From assembly GCA_039683575.1 (NCBI GenBank), contig JBDKRC010000134.1, positions 1-27,480 of the forward strand: a stretch of 27,480 bases of DNA, in the 5' to 3' direction. Shown piece by piece: positions 18,150-26,425 of this stretch. The notes beneath the pieces are model-generated. The model made no database searches and was not told where the DNA came from. It worked only from the letters and a program-made list of their open reading frames with translations. Positions within the stretch are counted from its first letter, which is position 1; every line of letters starts with the position of its first letter. Made by a program: the position numbers and the translations under genes. The stretch comes from Armatimonadia bacterium (GTDB lineage Bacteria > Armatimonadota > Zipacnadia > Zipacnadales > UBA11051).

Positions 18150-18177
18150 TTTCGGCGACGGGGTCGGGGGGACCTTC
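18150..18177 (-). promoter_or_regulatory. Putative sigma-H-like promoter (GAAGG-N18-CGAAA) of the sialidase-like gene, probably leaderless
   Basis: The motif ends 9 nt before ATG 18140, the same geometry as at 6487-6524. It lies just downstream of the purF terminator. Confidence 0.5.
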
Positions 18178-18191
18178 AGATAGCACCAACG

Positions 18192-18239
18192 AAAAAGCCC
18201 CTCTCGCATGACGACAGCAGTAGTCACCCGGAGAGGGGC
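18192..18239 (-). terminator. Intrinsic terminator after purF
   Basis: - strand GCCCCTCTC...GAGAGGGGC-TTTTT, with an extended inner stem (TGAC/GTCA). Confidence 0.7.
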
Positions 18240-18252
18240 ATGATGAACGGAG

Positions 18253-19782
18253 CTAGGCAGGGGTTTCTGCGGTGGCAACGGTCTCGGCGTTCTTTTCGAG
18301 GTCGAACTTCGTGACCTTGATCTCCCGTGGAACCGGGATCGGGTACTGCCGGTCGAAACACGCCGTGCAGAAGTTGCCCTTGGGCAGCCCCACGGCCTTG
18401 ACCAGGTTCTTGAGGTCGAGGTATTCCAGCGAATCCGCGTTCAGGAAGTCCTGAATCTCGGGAACTGTCATCCGGGCAGCGATAAGCTCCTTGCGCCCGG
18501 CCGAGGTATCAATGCCGTAGAAGCACGGATACTTGATCGGGGGCGAGCTGATGCGCAGGTGGATCTCCCGCGCGCCAGCTTCGCGGAGCAGTTCGACCTC
18601 AGGCCCGGTGGTGGTCCCACGAACGATGGAATCGTCCACCACGATGACGCGGCGGCCGGCGAGGTTCTCGCGCAGTGGCGTCAGCTTCATTTTGACGCCA
18701 AGATCGCGCAGGCGCTGGTCAGGGGCGATGAAGGTGCGGAAAATGTAGCGGTTTTTGATCAGACCCTCACCATACGGTATCTTGGAGACCTGCGCATAGC
18801 CCATGGCATGCGGCAGCGCGCTCTCGGGCACCGGGATGACGAGGTCGGCATCCACGGGGGCCTGCTGAGCGAGCAGGTGGCCCATCCGCAGGCGGGACAT
18901 GTAGACAGACTTGCCGTAGATGTGGCTGTCGGGGCGCGCGAAGTAGATGAACTCGAAGATGCAGCAGGAGCGACGGCCGGGGCTGACAGCCTGCAGCGAA
19001 GTCAGGCCATTGCTGTCGAGGGTGACGATCTCGCCGGGCTGAACCTCGCGGACGAACTCGGCGCCGATTACGTGCAGAGCGCACGTCTCAGAGGCGATTG
19101 CCCAGCCGCTACCATTGATCTGGCCCACCGAGAGCGGCCGGACCCCGTTGGGATCGCGGACGCCGAGGAGCTTGCCGGGGGCGAGGATGCCCAGGGAGTA
19201 GGCCCCGCGCATCTTCTTCATCGCCTCGGCGATGGCTTCCTCGATAGTGGCGGCGTCAACGCTCTCGATGAGCTTGACGATGACTTCGGTGTCGCTGGTG
19301 GCCTGGAATTCCACGCCGCGGGCTTCGAGATCATGGCGCAGGGCGGCGGTGTTGATTAGATTGCCATTGTGGGTCACGGCAAAGGGGCCGAATTTGCCCT
19401 CGCCCAGCATCGGCTGGGTGTTGACAAAGGTGTTGCCGCCGGTGGTTGAGTAGCGGACGTGGCCGACGGCTATGTCGCCGACCATGTCCTTGATGATCTG
19501 TTCGTTGAAGACCTGCGCAGCGAGGCCAAGGCCTTTGTGGTGGCGCAGCGTCTTGCCATCCCACACTGCCATGCCGCAACCTTCCTGGCCGCGGTGCTGC
19601 AGTGCGTACAAGCCGAAATAGGTGTAGTTAGCCACGTCAGAGCCGGGGGCATAGACACCGAATACGCCGCAGGCGTCGCGCCAGGCCTCATCGGACTGTT
19701 CGAAGGGGTGCGACAGAGATGCGGGAACGCATCTTCCGCTGCAAACGTGGCCGGAACCGCTGCAAGCGGTGCAATCAGACAT
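18253..19782 (-). CDS. purF: Amidophosphoribosyltransferase (propeptide / Fe-S type)
   Basis: CGVFG nucleophile, LQHRGQE, GHVRYST, HNGNL, CIFEFIYFARPDS, VDDSIVRGTT, PCFYGID, CTAC. Confidence 0.97.
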   Translation of the reverse strand: MSDCTACSGSGHVCSGRCVPASLSHPFEQSDEAWRDACGVFGVYAPGSDVANYTYFGLYALQHRGQEGCGMAVWDGKTLRHHKGLGLAAQVFNEQIIKDMVGDIAVGHVRYSTTGGNTFVNTQPMLGEGKFGPFAVTHNGNLINTAALRHDLEARGVEFQATSDTEVIVKLIESVDAATIEEAIAEAMKKMRGAYSLGILAPGKLLGVRDPNGVRPLSVGQINGSGWAIASETCALHVIGAEFVREVQPGEIVTLDSNGLTSLQAVSPGRRSCCIFEFIYFARPDSHIYGKSVYMSRLRMGHLLAQQAPVDADLVIPVPESALPHAMGYAQVSKIPYGEGLIKNRYIFRTFIAPDQRLRDLGVKMKLTPLRENLAGRRVIVVDDSIVRGTTTGPEVELLREAGAREIHLRISSPPIKYPCFYGIDTSAGRKELIAARMTVPEIQDFLNADSLEYLDLKNLVKAVGLPKGNFCTACFDRQYPIPVPREIKVTKFDLEKNAETVATAETPA

Positions 19783-19824
19783 AGGACAGAGTGCCTTTCC
19801 TGGATCAGATGCCGGGCGCGCGCA

Positions 19825-20313
19825 CTAGAACTCCGCTTCCACCTTCTTCGCCTTCTCTTCTACCTTTGCTGCCATGCTCTGGCGCATGTTGCTGAGCCTC
19901 TCCGCGAGGTCCGGATCGCCAAGCGCCAGGATCTGTGCCGCGAGGATGCCCGCATTGCGGGCGCTGTTGATACCGACAGTGGCCACCGGGATGCCGGGAG
20001 GCATCTGCACGATGGCATAGAGCGCGTCCACGCCCTGCAGGGGCGACGCGTTTATGGGCACACCGATGATCGGCAGCGTGGTGAACGCCGCGAGCACGCC
20101 CGGAAGATGGGCGGCCATCCCCGCACCGGCGATGATGACCTTGATGCCGCGCTCGGCCGCCGTGCGGGCCCAGGCCGCGGCCCGGTCCGGAGTGCGGTGA
20201 GCCGAGGCGACAGTGGCCTCGTAGGAGATACCAAGTTCAGTCAGAGCAGCAGCCGCGTCCTTCATGATCGACGCGTCAGAGTCGCTACCCATTACAATGC
20301 CAACCAGTGCCAT
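19825..20313 (-). CDS. purE: N5-CAIR mutase
   Basis: GIVMGSDSD, SAHRTP, AGAGMAAHLPG, VQMPPGIPVATV. Start set at ATG 20313. Confidence 0.97.
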   Translation of the reverse strand: MALVGIVMGSDSDASIMKDAAAALTELGISYEATVASAHRTPDRAAAWARTAAERGIKVIIAGAGMAAHLPGVLAAFTTLPIIGVPINASPLQGVDALYAIVQMPPGIPVATVGINSARNAGILAAQILALGDPDLAERLSNMRQSMAAKVEEKAKKVEAEF

Positions 20314-20325
20314 CAGCGTGTCCTC

Positions 20326-20421
20326 GCTGTAGGGCGGGGGCTCCGTACCCCGCCGGTCGTTATCTGTAACGCTGCCTGTCACCAAATGCGGCGGCGGGGT
20401 ACGGAGCCCCCGCCCTACAGC
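20326..20421. repeat. REP doublet (REPIN-like): perfect 30-bp inverted repeat of a GTAG-type REP
   Basis: GCTGTAGGGCGGGGGCTCCGTACCCCGCCG (20326-20355) and its exact reverse complement (20392-20421), with a 36-bp spacer. Each unit is itself a hairpin preceded by GTAG. Confidence 0.85.
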
Positions 20422-21683
20422 AGCGCCCGCCAGCCGATGTCGCGGCGGTAGTACATGCCCTCAAAGCAAATCTTCTCGCAGGCGGCGTAGCCCCGCGCCT
20501 GAGCATCGCGAAGGGTGTCGCCAAGGGCTGTCACGCCCAGCACACGCCCGCCAGCGGTGACGACCTGGCCATCCTGCAAGGCGGTGCCGGCATGGAAGAC
20601 CTTCACCGCCGGGTCCTCTTCCGCGGCCTCGATACCGCTGATGACCTTGCCCTTTTCGTACGCGCCCGGATAGCCGCCAGCGGCGATCACGATGCAGATG
20701 GCCGCCCGCGGGTCGTTTTCGATGGTGATCTGGTCCAGGCGTCCCTCCACCGTCGCCAGGAGCACCTCCAGCAGGTCACTCTTCAGGCGCGGCAGGACTA
20801 CCTGAGTCTCAGGATCGCCAAAGCGGCAGTTATATTCAAGCGTTTCCGGGCCGCTCTCAGGTAGAATAATACCACCATACATCGTCCCGGTGTAGGGCGA
20901 TCCTTCAGCGGCCATAGCGGCTACCGTAGGCTTGAGAATCGTGTCTACAATCCTGTTGAAAAGCGCATCATCCACCGCCGGGACAGGCGAGTAGCAGCCC
21001 ATGCCGCCGGTGTTGTCGCCGGTGTCGCCCTCGCCAATGCGCTTGTGGTCCTGCGAGGGAACCATCGGCAGAACGGTCTTGCCGTCGGTGAAGACCTTAA
21101 CGGAGCATTCCTGGCCGACAAGGCACTCCTCGATGACGATCCGCTCGCCAGAGCGACCGAATTCCCTATCGACAAGGCAGCGCTTGATGAAGTCCTCGGC
21201 CTCGGCGACCGTCGCCGCGACCTTGACGCCCTTGCCGAACGCGTCGCCATCGGCCTTGACGACGATCGGCGCGCCCTGCGCGCGAGCATAGGCCACCGCA
21301 GCGTCGAAATCCGTAAAGGCTTTGAAGCGCTTCTGGGAGATGTTGTACTTGGCGAGCAGCTCGTCGGTGAAGACCTTGCTGCCCTCGAGACGCGCCGCAG
21401 CGGCGGTGGGGCCGTAGATGGGCAGGCCGCGCCGTCGGAACTCGTCCACGATGCCGAGAATCAGCGGGCGCTCGGGCCCGACCACTGTGAGGTCAATGCT
21501 GTTTTCCTCGGCGAACTGCGCCAGACCAGCAACATCATCGGCCTTAATTGGGACGTTTTCAGCGTACTGGCTGGTTCCGGCGTTGCCGGGGGCGCAGTAC
21601 AGCTTGGTGAGCAAGGGGCTTTGGGTGATCTTCCAGGTGAGGGTATGTTCGCGGCCACCGGAGCCAATAACGAGGACCTTCAT
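20415..21683 (-). CDS. purD: Phosphoribosylamine-glycine ligase
   Basis: GSGGREH, APGNAG, VVGPE, LEGSK, QDHKR, NTGGMG, EYNCRFGDPETQ, TAGGRVL, YRRDIG. Confidence 0.97.
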   Translation of the reverse strand: MKVLVIGSGGREHTLTWKITQSPLLTKLYCAPGNAGTSQYAENVPIKADDVAGLAQFAEENSIDLTVVGPERPLILGIVDEFRRRGLPIYGPTAAAARLEGSKVFTDELLAKYNISQKRFKAFTDFDAAVAYARAQGAPIVVKADGDAFGKGVKVAATVAEAEDFIKRCLVDREFGRSGERIVIEECLVGQECSVKVFTDGKTVLPMVPSQDHKRIGEGDTGDNTGGMGCYSPVPAVDDALFNRIVDTILKPTVAAMAAEGSPYTGTMYGGIILPESGPETLEYNCRFGDPETQVVLPRLKSDLLEVLLATVEGRLDQITIENDPRAAICIVIAAGGYPGAYEKGKVISGIEAAEEDPAVKVFHAGTALQDGQVVTAGGRVLGVTALGDTLRDAQARGYAACEKICFEGMYYRRDIGWRALL

Positions 21684-21688
21684 GGGGC

Positions 21689-23128
21689 TTAGCCGCCCTC
21701 CTGCTGGTAGGCATCAATGTTCTCAAAAGTACGGTACTTGGGGTCGAACATCGTCTTCACGGTAGCCACGGGGCCATTGCGGTGCTTGGCGATGATGACC
21801 TCGGCGATGTTCGGCTCGTCGAGAGCCTGGCGGGCATCGGCCTGGGTGGTCTCTCCGCGGGAGACGGCCGAGTCCAACTCTTCCTTGCGCTTGTAGTAGA
21901 TCGGCCGGTACAGGAAGCAGATGATGTCGGCCTCGGCTTCGATGGAGCCGCTTTCGGCGAGGTCAGACAGGATCGGCCGCTTGTCCTCGCGGCGCTCAAC
22001 CGTGCGCGAGAGCTGTGACAGCGCCACGACGGGCACGTTGAGTTCACGGGCGAGGGACTTGAGGCTGCGGGCGATGTGCCCAATCTCCTGATGGCGACTC
22101 TCCCCGGGCTTGAAGCCAGGAGCCGTGCAAAGCTGCAGGTAATCCACGATTACGAGCCCGATGTCCACCTGGGTCTTGAGACGCCGGCACTTGGCCCGCA
22201 ATTCCAGGATGGAGATGCCGGGGGTGTCATCAATGTAAATCGGCGCCTCGGGCAGGTAGGTGAGCGCCTGGGAGATGCGATCCCAATCGTCCTGCGGCGC
22301 AAGACCCGCCCGCAGCCGCCAGGAGTTGACGCGCGCCAGACCGCACAGCATCATCTCCGCAAGCTGCATTTTGGACATTTCGAGACTGAAAACCGCTACA
22401 GGGACCTGCCCGTGCAAAGCGGCGTGCATCCCGAGCGCATTGATTGCAAAGGAAGTTTTGCCCATTGAGGGGCGTCCGGCGACGATGATGAGGTCGCCGT
22501 TCTGCAGGCCGGAGGTCAGCCTGTTGATGTCATGAATGGCTGTGGGCGCGCCAGTGAGGGCCCCATGCTGGTGGAGTGCCTTGTCGAGCTTGTCGAAGGT
22601 CTCCTCGACGAGGTCGCCGATATGAGAGAAATCGCCGCTCATGCGCCGCTGCGCAATGTCGAAGATCATCTGCTCGGCGGTGTCGAGGGTCTCACCCACA
22701 TCTTCGGGATTGTCAAACCCGAGTCCCTGAATCTCCGCCCCGGCCCTGATCAGGCGGCGCAGGACGGCCTTCTCCGCCACAATATTGGCGTACCGGGTTA
22801 CATGGGCAGCAGTGGGGACCTCGCCAATAAGGGCCGTGAGGTACTCCCCGCCGCCGACCTCCTCAAGCTTGCCGTTGCGGCGCAACTCGGCGCTGACGGT
22901 CACGAGGTCAACCGGCTCGCTGCGGTTGTTGACCGTGACCATCGCCTGGCAGATGTCCCGGTGGTACATCCGGTAGAAGTCTTCGGGGGTAACGATCGCG
23001 AAGGCGCGAGCCGCCGCCTCTGGTTCAAGCAGAATCGACCCGAGCACCGCCTGTTCTGCATCGAGGTCCTGAGGCAGAAGAGGTTCGGCGGGCATATCAG
23101 CCGGCTGGTCGGTGCGACGCTGGGCCAC
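21689..23128 (-). CDS. dnaB: Replicative DNA helicase
   Basis: AEQAVLGSILL, GRPSMGKT, FSLEM, VDYLQL, ALSQLSR, IAKHRNGP; no intein. Start set at GTG 23128 (GGAGG upstream); ATG 23095 is an alternative. Confidence 0.95.
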   Translation of the reverse strand: MAQRRTDQPADMPAEPLLPQDLDAEQAVLGSILLEPEAAARAFAIVTPEDFYRMYHRDICQAMVTVNNRSEPVDLVTVSAELRRNGKLEEVGGGEYLTALIGEVPTAAHVTRYANIVAEKAVLRRLIRAGAEIQGLGFDNPEDVGETLDTAEQMIFDIAQRRMSGDFSHIGDLVEETFDKLDKALHQHGALTGAPTAIHDINRLTSGLQNGDLIIVAGRPSMGKTSFAINALGMHAALHGQVPVAVFSLEMSKMQLAEMMLCGLARVNSWRLRAGLAPQDDWDRISQALTYLPEAPIYIDDTPGISILELRAKCRRLKTQVDIGLVIVDYLQLCTAPGFKPGESRHQEIGHIARSLKSLARELNVPVVALSQLSRTVERREDKRPILSDLAESGSIEAEADIICFLYRPIYYKRKEELDSAVSRGETTQADARQALDEPNIAEVIIAKHRNGPVATVKTMFDPKYRTFENIDAYQQEGG

Positions 23129-23240
23129 TGCAGCAGCCTCCGGGGGCGGGAATCGGACTTTTGGGTCAGGAGAGCGATCAGGCGCGATCGCAACGTCAAC
23201 GTCTGTGGAAGGGATCACTGATCCCAACGGCAATGAGGTT

Positions 23241-23279
23241 ATCGCCTGTCGGGAAGATTACACCTTCCCGACAGGCGAT
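23241..23279. repeat. Perfect 16-bp stem-loop between rplI and dnaB
   Basis: ATCGCCTGTCGGGAAG-ATTACAC-CTTCCCGACAGGCGAT, with no U-tract on either strand. Confidence 0.75.
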
Positions 23280-23305
23280 TCAACTTCGAAGATACGAGCT
23301 GCGAT

Positions 23306-23872
23306 CTACTCGCCGGCTTCTTCCTCGGCCTCTTCGGCCTCGGCCGGGGCTTCCTCGGCGGCAGCCTGCTCAGCCTCGGCGGCCTCAAGCTCCAGCGCGC
23401 GGAAGGCTTCCTCGGCCGCCAGCGACTTCTCTGAGACTACGCGCACGGACAACTGCGCCGCTACATCCTTGTAAACGCGCGCGGTGACCAGATAGTTGCC
23501 GGTCTCGCGGATCGGCTCGGGGATGTCGAGATCGCGCTTGTCGAGCTTGAGCCCGATCTGTGCGGCGGCGGCATCAGCGATCTGCTGCGTGGTCACAGTC
23601 CCGTGGAGCTTGGTGCCCTCGCCGGCGACGTGCTTGACCACGATGGTCTTGTCGCGCAATTCCTCGGCCATCTGCTGCGCGGCATCGCGCTTCTCAGTGT
23701 CGCGGCGCTCGATGGCCCCCTTGCGCATCTCGAGGTCCTTCAGTGCGCCCTTGCTGGCCACCGCGGCGAGATTCCGCGGGATCAGATAGTTACGCGCGTA
23801 ACCGTCGGCGACTTTCAGGATGTCACCCTCGTGCCCAACCCTGTCCACATCTTTGAGAAGAATAACCTGCAT
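23306..23872 (-). CDS. rplI: 50S ribosomal protein bL9
   Basis: MQVILLKDV, VADGYARNYLIPR, KLHGTVT, acidic Ala/Glu tail. RBS GGAGG before ATG 23872; adjacent to dnaB. Confidence 0.96.
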   Translation of the reverse strand: MQVILLKDVDRVGHEGDILKVADGYARNYLIPRNLAAVASKGALKDLEMRKGAIERRDTEKRDAAQQMAEELRDKTIVVKHVAGEGTKLHGTVTTQQIADAAAAQIGLKLDKRDLDIPEPIRETGNYLVTARVYKDVAAQLSVRVVSEKSLAAEEAFRALELEAAEAEQAAAEEAPAEAEEAEEEAGE

Positions 23873-23974
23873 CTGCAATCCTCCAAGTCGGTACGCCGCA
23901 AAGCGGCGATGCTGTCTGTCTATATTCGGGGCCGATTCCCCTCGAAGTAGGCAATATCAGTACGTCAGGCGGCG

Positions 23975-25555
23975 TCAGGGCTTCGTGCGGTAGCGGTAGC
24001 CCAGGAATGGGTCGCCACCTTCGCCGATGCCGTCCAGGCCAAACAGCAGGTCAGATTGCGGGCCCACACGGTAGATGCCGCGCAGAGTGCCTGTCAGATC
24101 ATTCGGATCCCGCAATTCGGCTTCCCATCCCAGCCGGCTATCCGGGTGAAGGTCGTATCCGACACCCAGCTTGTTGCCGAAGATACCGGCCCTGGCCCGA
24201 CCGTTCCCGGTCGGGAATGACTTCTGTAGGTTCAGCCGCTCGGCATCTCCGACGTCACGGATGCCAACACGCCAGAAGTCGTTACGGTTCGTCCCGTACT
24301 GCAGGTCCACGTCCACATCGCCACGCAGGCCGCCGTGCTGGGCCCCCTCCAGCGACGCCCGCGGCCATACCTCTTCCGGCCTGATGATCCGCGTGACCTT
24401 CGTCACCCGCTCCATCGTCTCATCCACGCGCTCGAGGCTCTTCTCCGCCCTGGCAATCGCCTTGGCCCCGGTCTCGGCCGCCTGGCGCGTCGCCGCGACC
24501 GTGGCGGTGACGTCGCCGGTGAACTTCGGGTCTGTCAGCACATCCTCGTACGTCGCTGTAATCTTGGCGACACTTGCCGCGGCCTCTTTCAGACGCGTGA
24601 CCGCCTCGCGGATATCGGCGCCGACAGTGCCGTCACCCAGTATCTTCTCAGCCTGAGACGTCATGCTGGCCAGGCTCTCTGTCGACTTCTGCAGGTTGTC
24701 CAGCGCCCCCTGGATCTTCTCCCGCGTCGCCGGGTCGGCCAGCACCTTGCCGATGTTATCGCTCATCGCCACGAGGTCCTGGCTGGCGTCGCGGACGTTG
24801 CCACTGGCCACCGCAAGGTCACGCGGGACGGGCGAGGTCGCTAACACGTGCCTTACAAGCTGCGCGGTGCTCTGCACTGATGCCGAAGCGTTCTTCAGGT
24901 TCCTGGCCATCGCCGCGACATCAGGACCGGCCTTCGCGGCACTCTGGGTCAGGATGTTCGCCAGCCTGATTGCCTGGGAGGCCACGGTGTCGGCCTTGTG
25001 CGTCGCCGCCATGACATTGATCAGGATCTGCTTGAAGGCCTGAGTGTTGAAGTCCGTAGCGACGACACCAGTTATCGACTTCAGGGCCGATCGGGCTTCC
25101 TGCACCAGTTTGCGGGCCTCGGTTGTCAGTTCCTCCAACCCCGAAGCCCCACCACCGCTGACGGCGGCCCCGTTTTTCAGTCGTAGCCTGGGCACGTCGT
25201 TCAGGCGCTGCACATCGACAAACTTATCCCCCAAGAGCGCGCCCTGTTGGATCACAAACTGATCGGTGTCGTACAGAGCCACATCGCGCATAATGGCCAT
25301 GCGGACGGCAGCCGGCTTCTTCGGGTAGTCGCGGTGGGTCTCCAACAGCACGTCAACCACCCGGCCGATTTTCACGCCTGCAAAGCGCACTTCCGATCCC
25401 TCAGGCAGGCCGTGCACGTTCTAAAAGTACGCGGTAATAGTATAGCTGCGCGCGCGGTTCCAGAAATCGCCGAGGTATAGCGCAATGCCGCCGACCAGAA
25501 GGACGGCGATCAGAAAGAACATTCCTACTTTGGCTTCTGCCGACAAGCGGCTCAC
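23975..25555 (-). pseudogene. mlaD: Long MlaD/MCE-family protein interrupted by an in-frame TAG at 25421-25423 (pseudogene, sequencing error or readthrough)
   Basis: GTG 25555 reads SRLSAEAKVGMFFLIAVLLVGGIALYLGDFWNRARSYTITAYF*NVHGLPEGSEVRFAGVKIGRV...GALLGDKFVDV in a single frame, followed by a long helical region and a beta-strand C-terminus. Confidence 0.8.
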
Positions 25556-25608
25556 CCCGGTCGGGTATTGACCTTGCGTCTGTGCCCTCTGGCGCTTCCC
25601 CGGGCTGG

Positions 25609-26409
25609 TTATACTGTAATTGGACCCTCAACGCTGCCGCTGATGAACTGCTTCACAACCGGATGCGGCGAGGCCTGCAGTTGCTGCGGCGTATCGCACT
25701 GAACGGCCTTGCCCTGATACAGCATCATTACCCGGTCCGCGTACGTGAACAGATGCTCCACATCATGGGTCACCACGATGGAGCTGACCCCGAAGGCATC
25801 GCGCAACTTGACGATTAGGCTGTCGATGGTCGCCGCCAAAACAGGGTCGAGCCCACTGGTCGGCTCGTCGTAGAGCACGACCTCCGGCTCCGTGGACAGC
25901 GCCCGGGCGATGGATACGCGCTTGCGCATGCCTCCCGACAGCTCCGCGGGCATCAGGTGGTCGTTACCGCTCATGCCCACGACTTCGAGGTAGTGCGCCA
26001 CTTTCTCGCGGATGGCCTCGTCAGGCACATGCCGCCGCCGCAGCCCAAAGGCCACATTCTCATACACGGAGAGCGAGTCAAAGAGCGCCGAATACTGAAA
26101 GCTCATGCCCATCCGCAGGCGAACGGCATTGAGAGCTTCCTCATCAAGCTGGGTCACGTCTTGCCCGTTGACAAGGATGTGTCCGCTCTGGGGCCGGAGC
26201 AGGCCCATTATGCACCGCAAAAGCGTGCTCTTACCGGCCCCCGAAAGCCCCATCACGCCAAATATCTCGCGATGATTGAGCTTGAAGCTGATACCATCGA
26301 GCACGGGCCGCTGCTCGATCACGCACACAAGGTCCCGCACCTCAATCAGAGGCTCTCCGCTGATAGGTGGGCAGGAACCTGCGCTGTCATTACTCTGTGC
26401 TACTTGCAT
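25609..26409 (-). CDS. mlaF: MlaF/Mkl-family ABC ATPase
   Basis: GLSGAGKS, FQYSALFDSLSVYENVAF, PAELSGGMRKRVSIARAL, YDEPTSGLDP, VTHD. Start uncertain. Confidence 0.92.
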   Translation of the reverse strand: MQVAQSNDSAGSCPPISGEPLIEVRDLVCVIEQRPVLDGISFKLNHREIFGVMGLSGAGKSTLLRCIMGLLRPQSGHILVNGQDVTQLDEEALNAVRLRMGMSFQYSALFDSLSVYENVAFGLRRRHVPDEAIREKVAHYLEVVGMSGNDHLMPAELSGGMRKRVSIARALSTEPEVVLYDEPTSGLDPVLAATIDSLIVKLRDAFGVSSIVVTHDVEHLFTYADRVMMLYQGKAVQCDTPQQLQASPHPVVKQFISGSVEGPITV

Positions 26410-26425
26410 GGGAGCGGGCAACGCC

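Noticed and set aside
21689-23128. Intein in DnaB
   Set aside because: The length is normal, the motifs are contiguous and no splice-junction motifs are present.
23306-23420. Ala/Glu-rich low-complexity tail of bL9
   Set aside because: Acidic C-terminal tails are common in bL9 of many bacteria.
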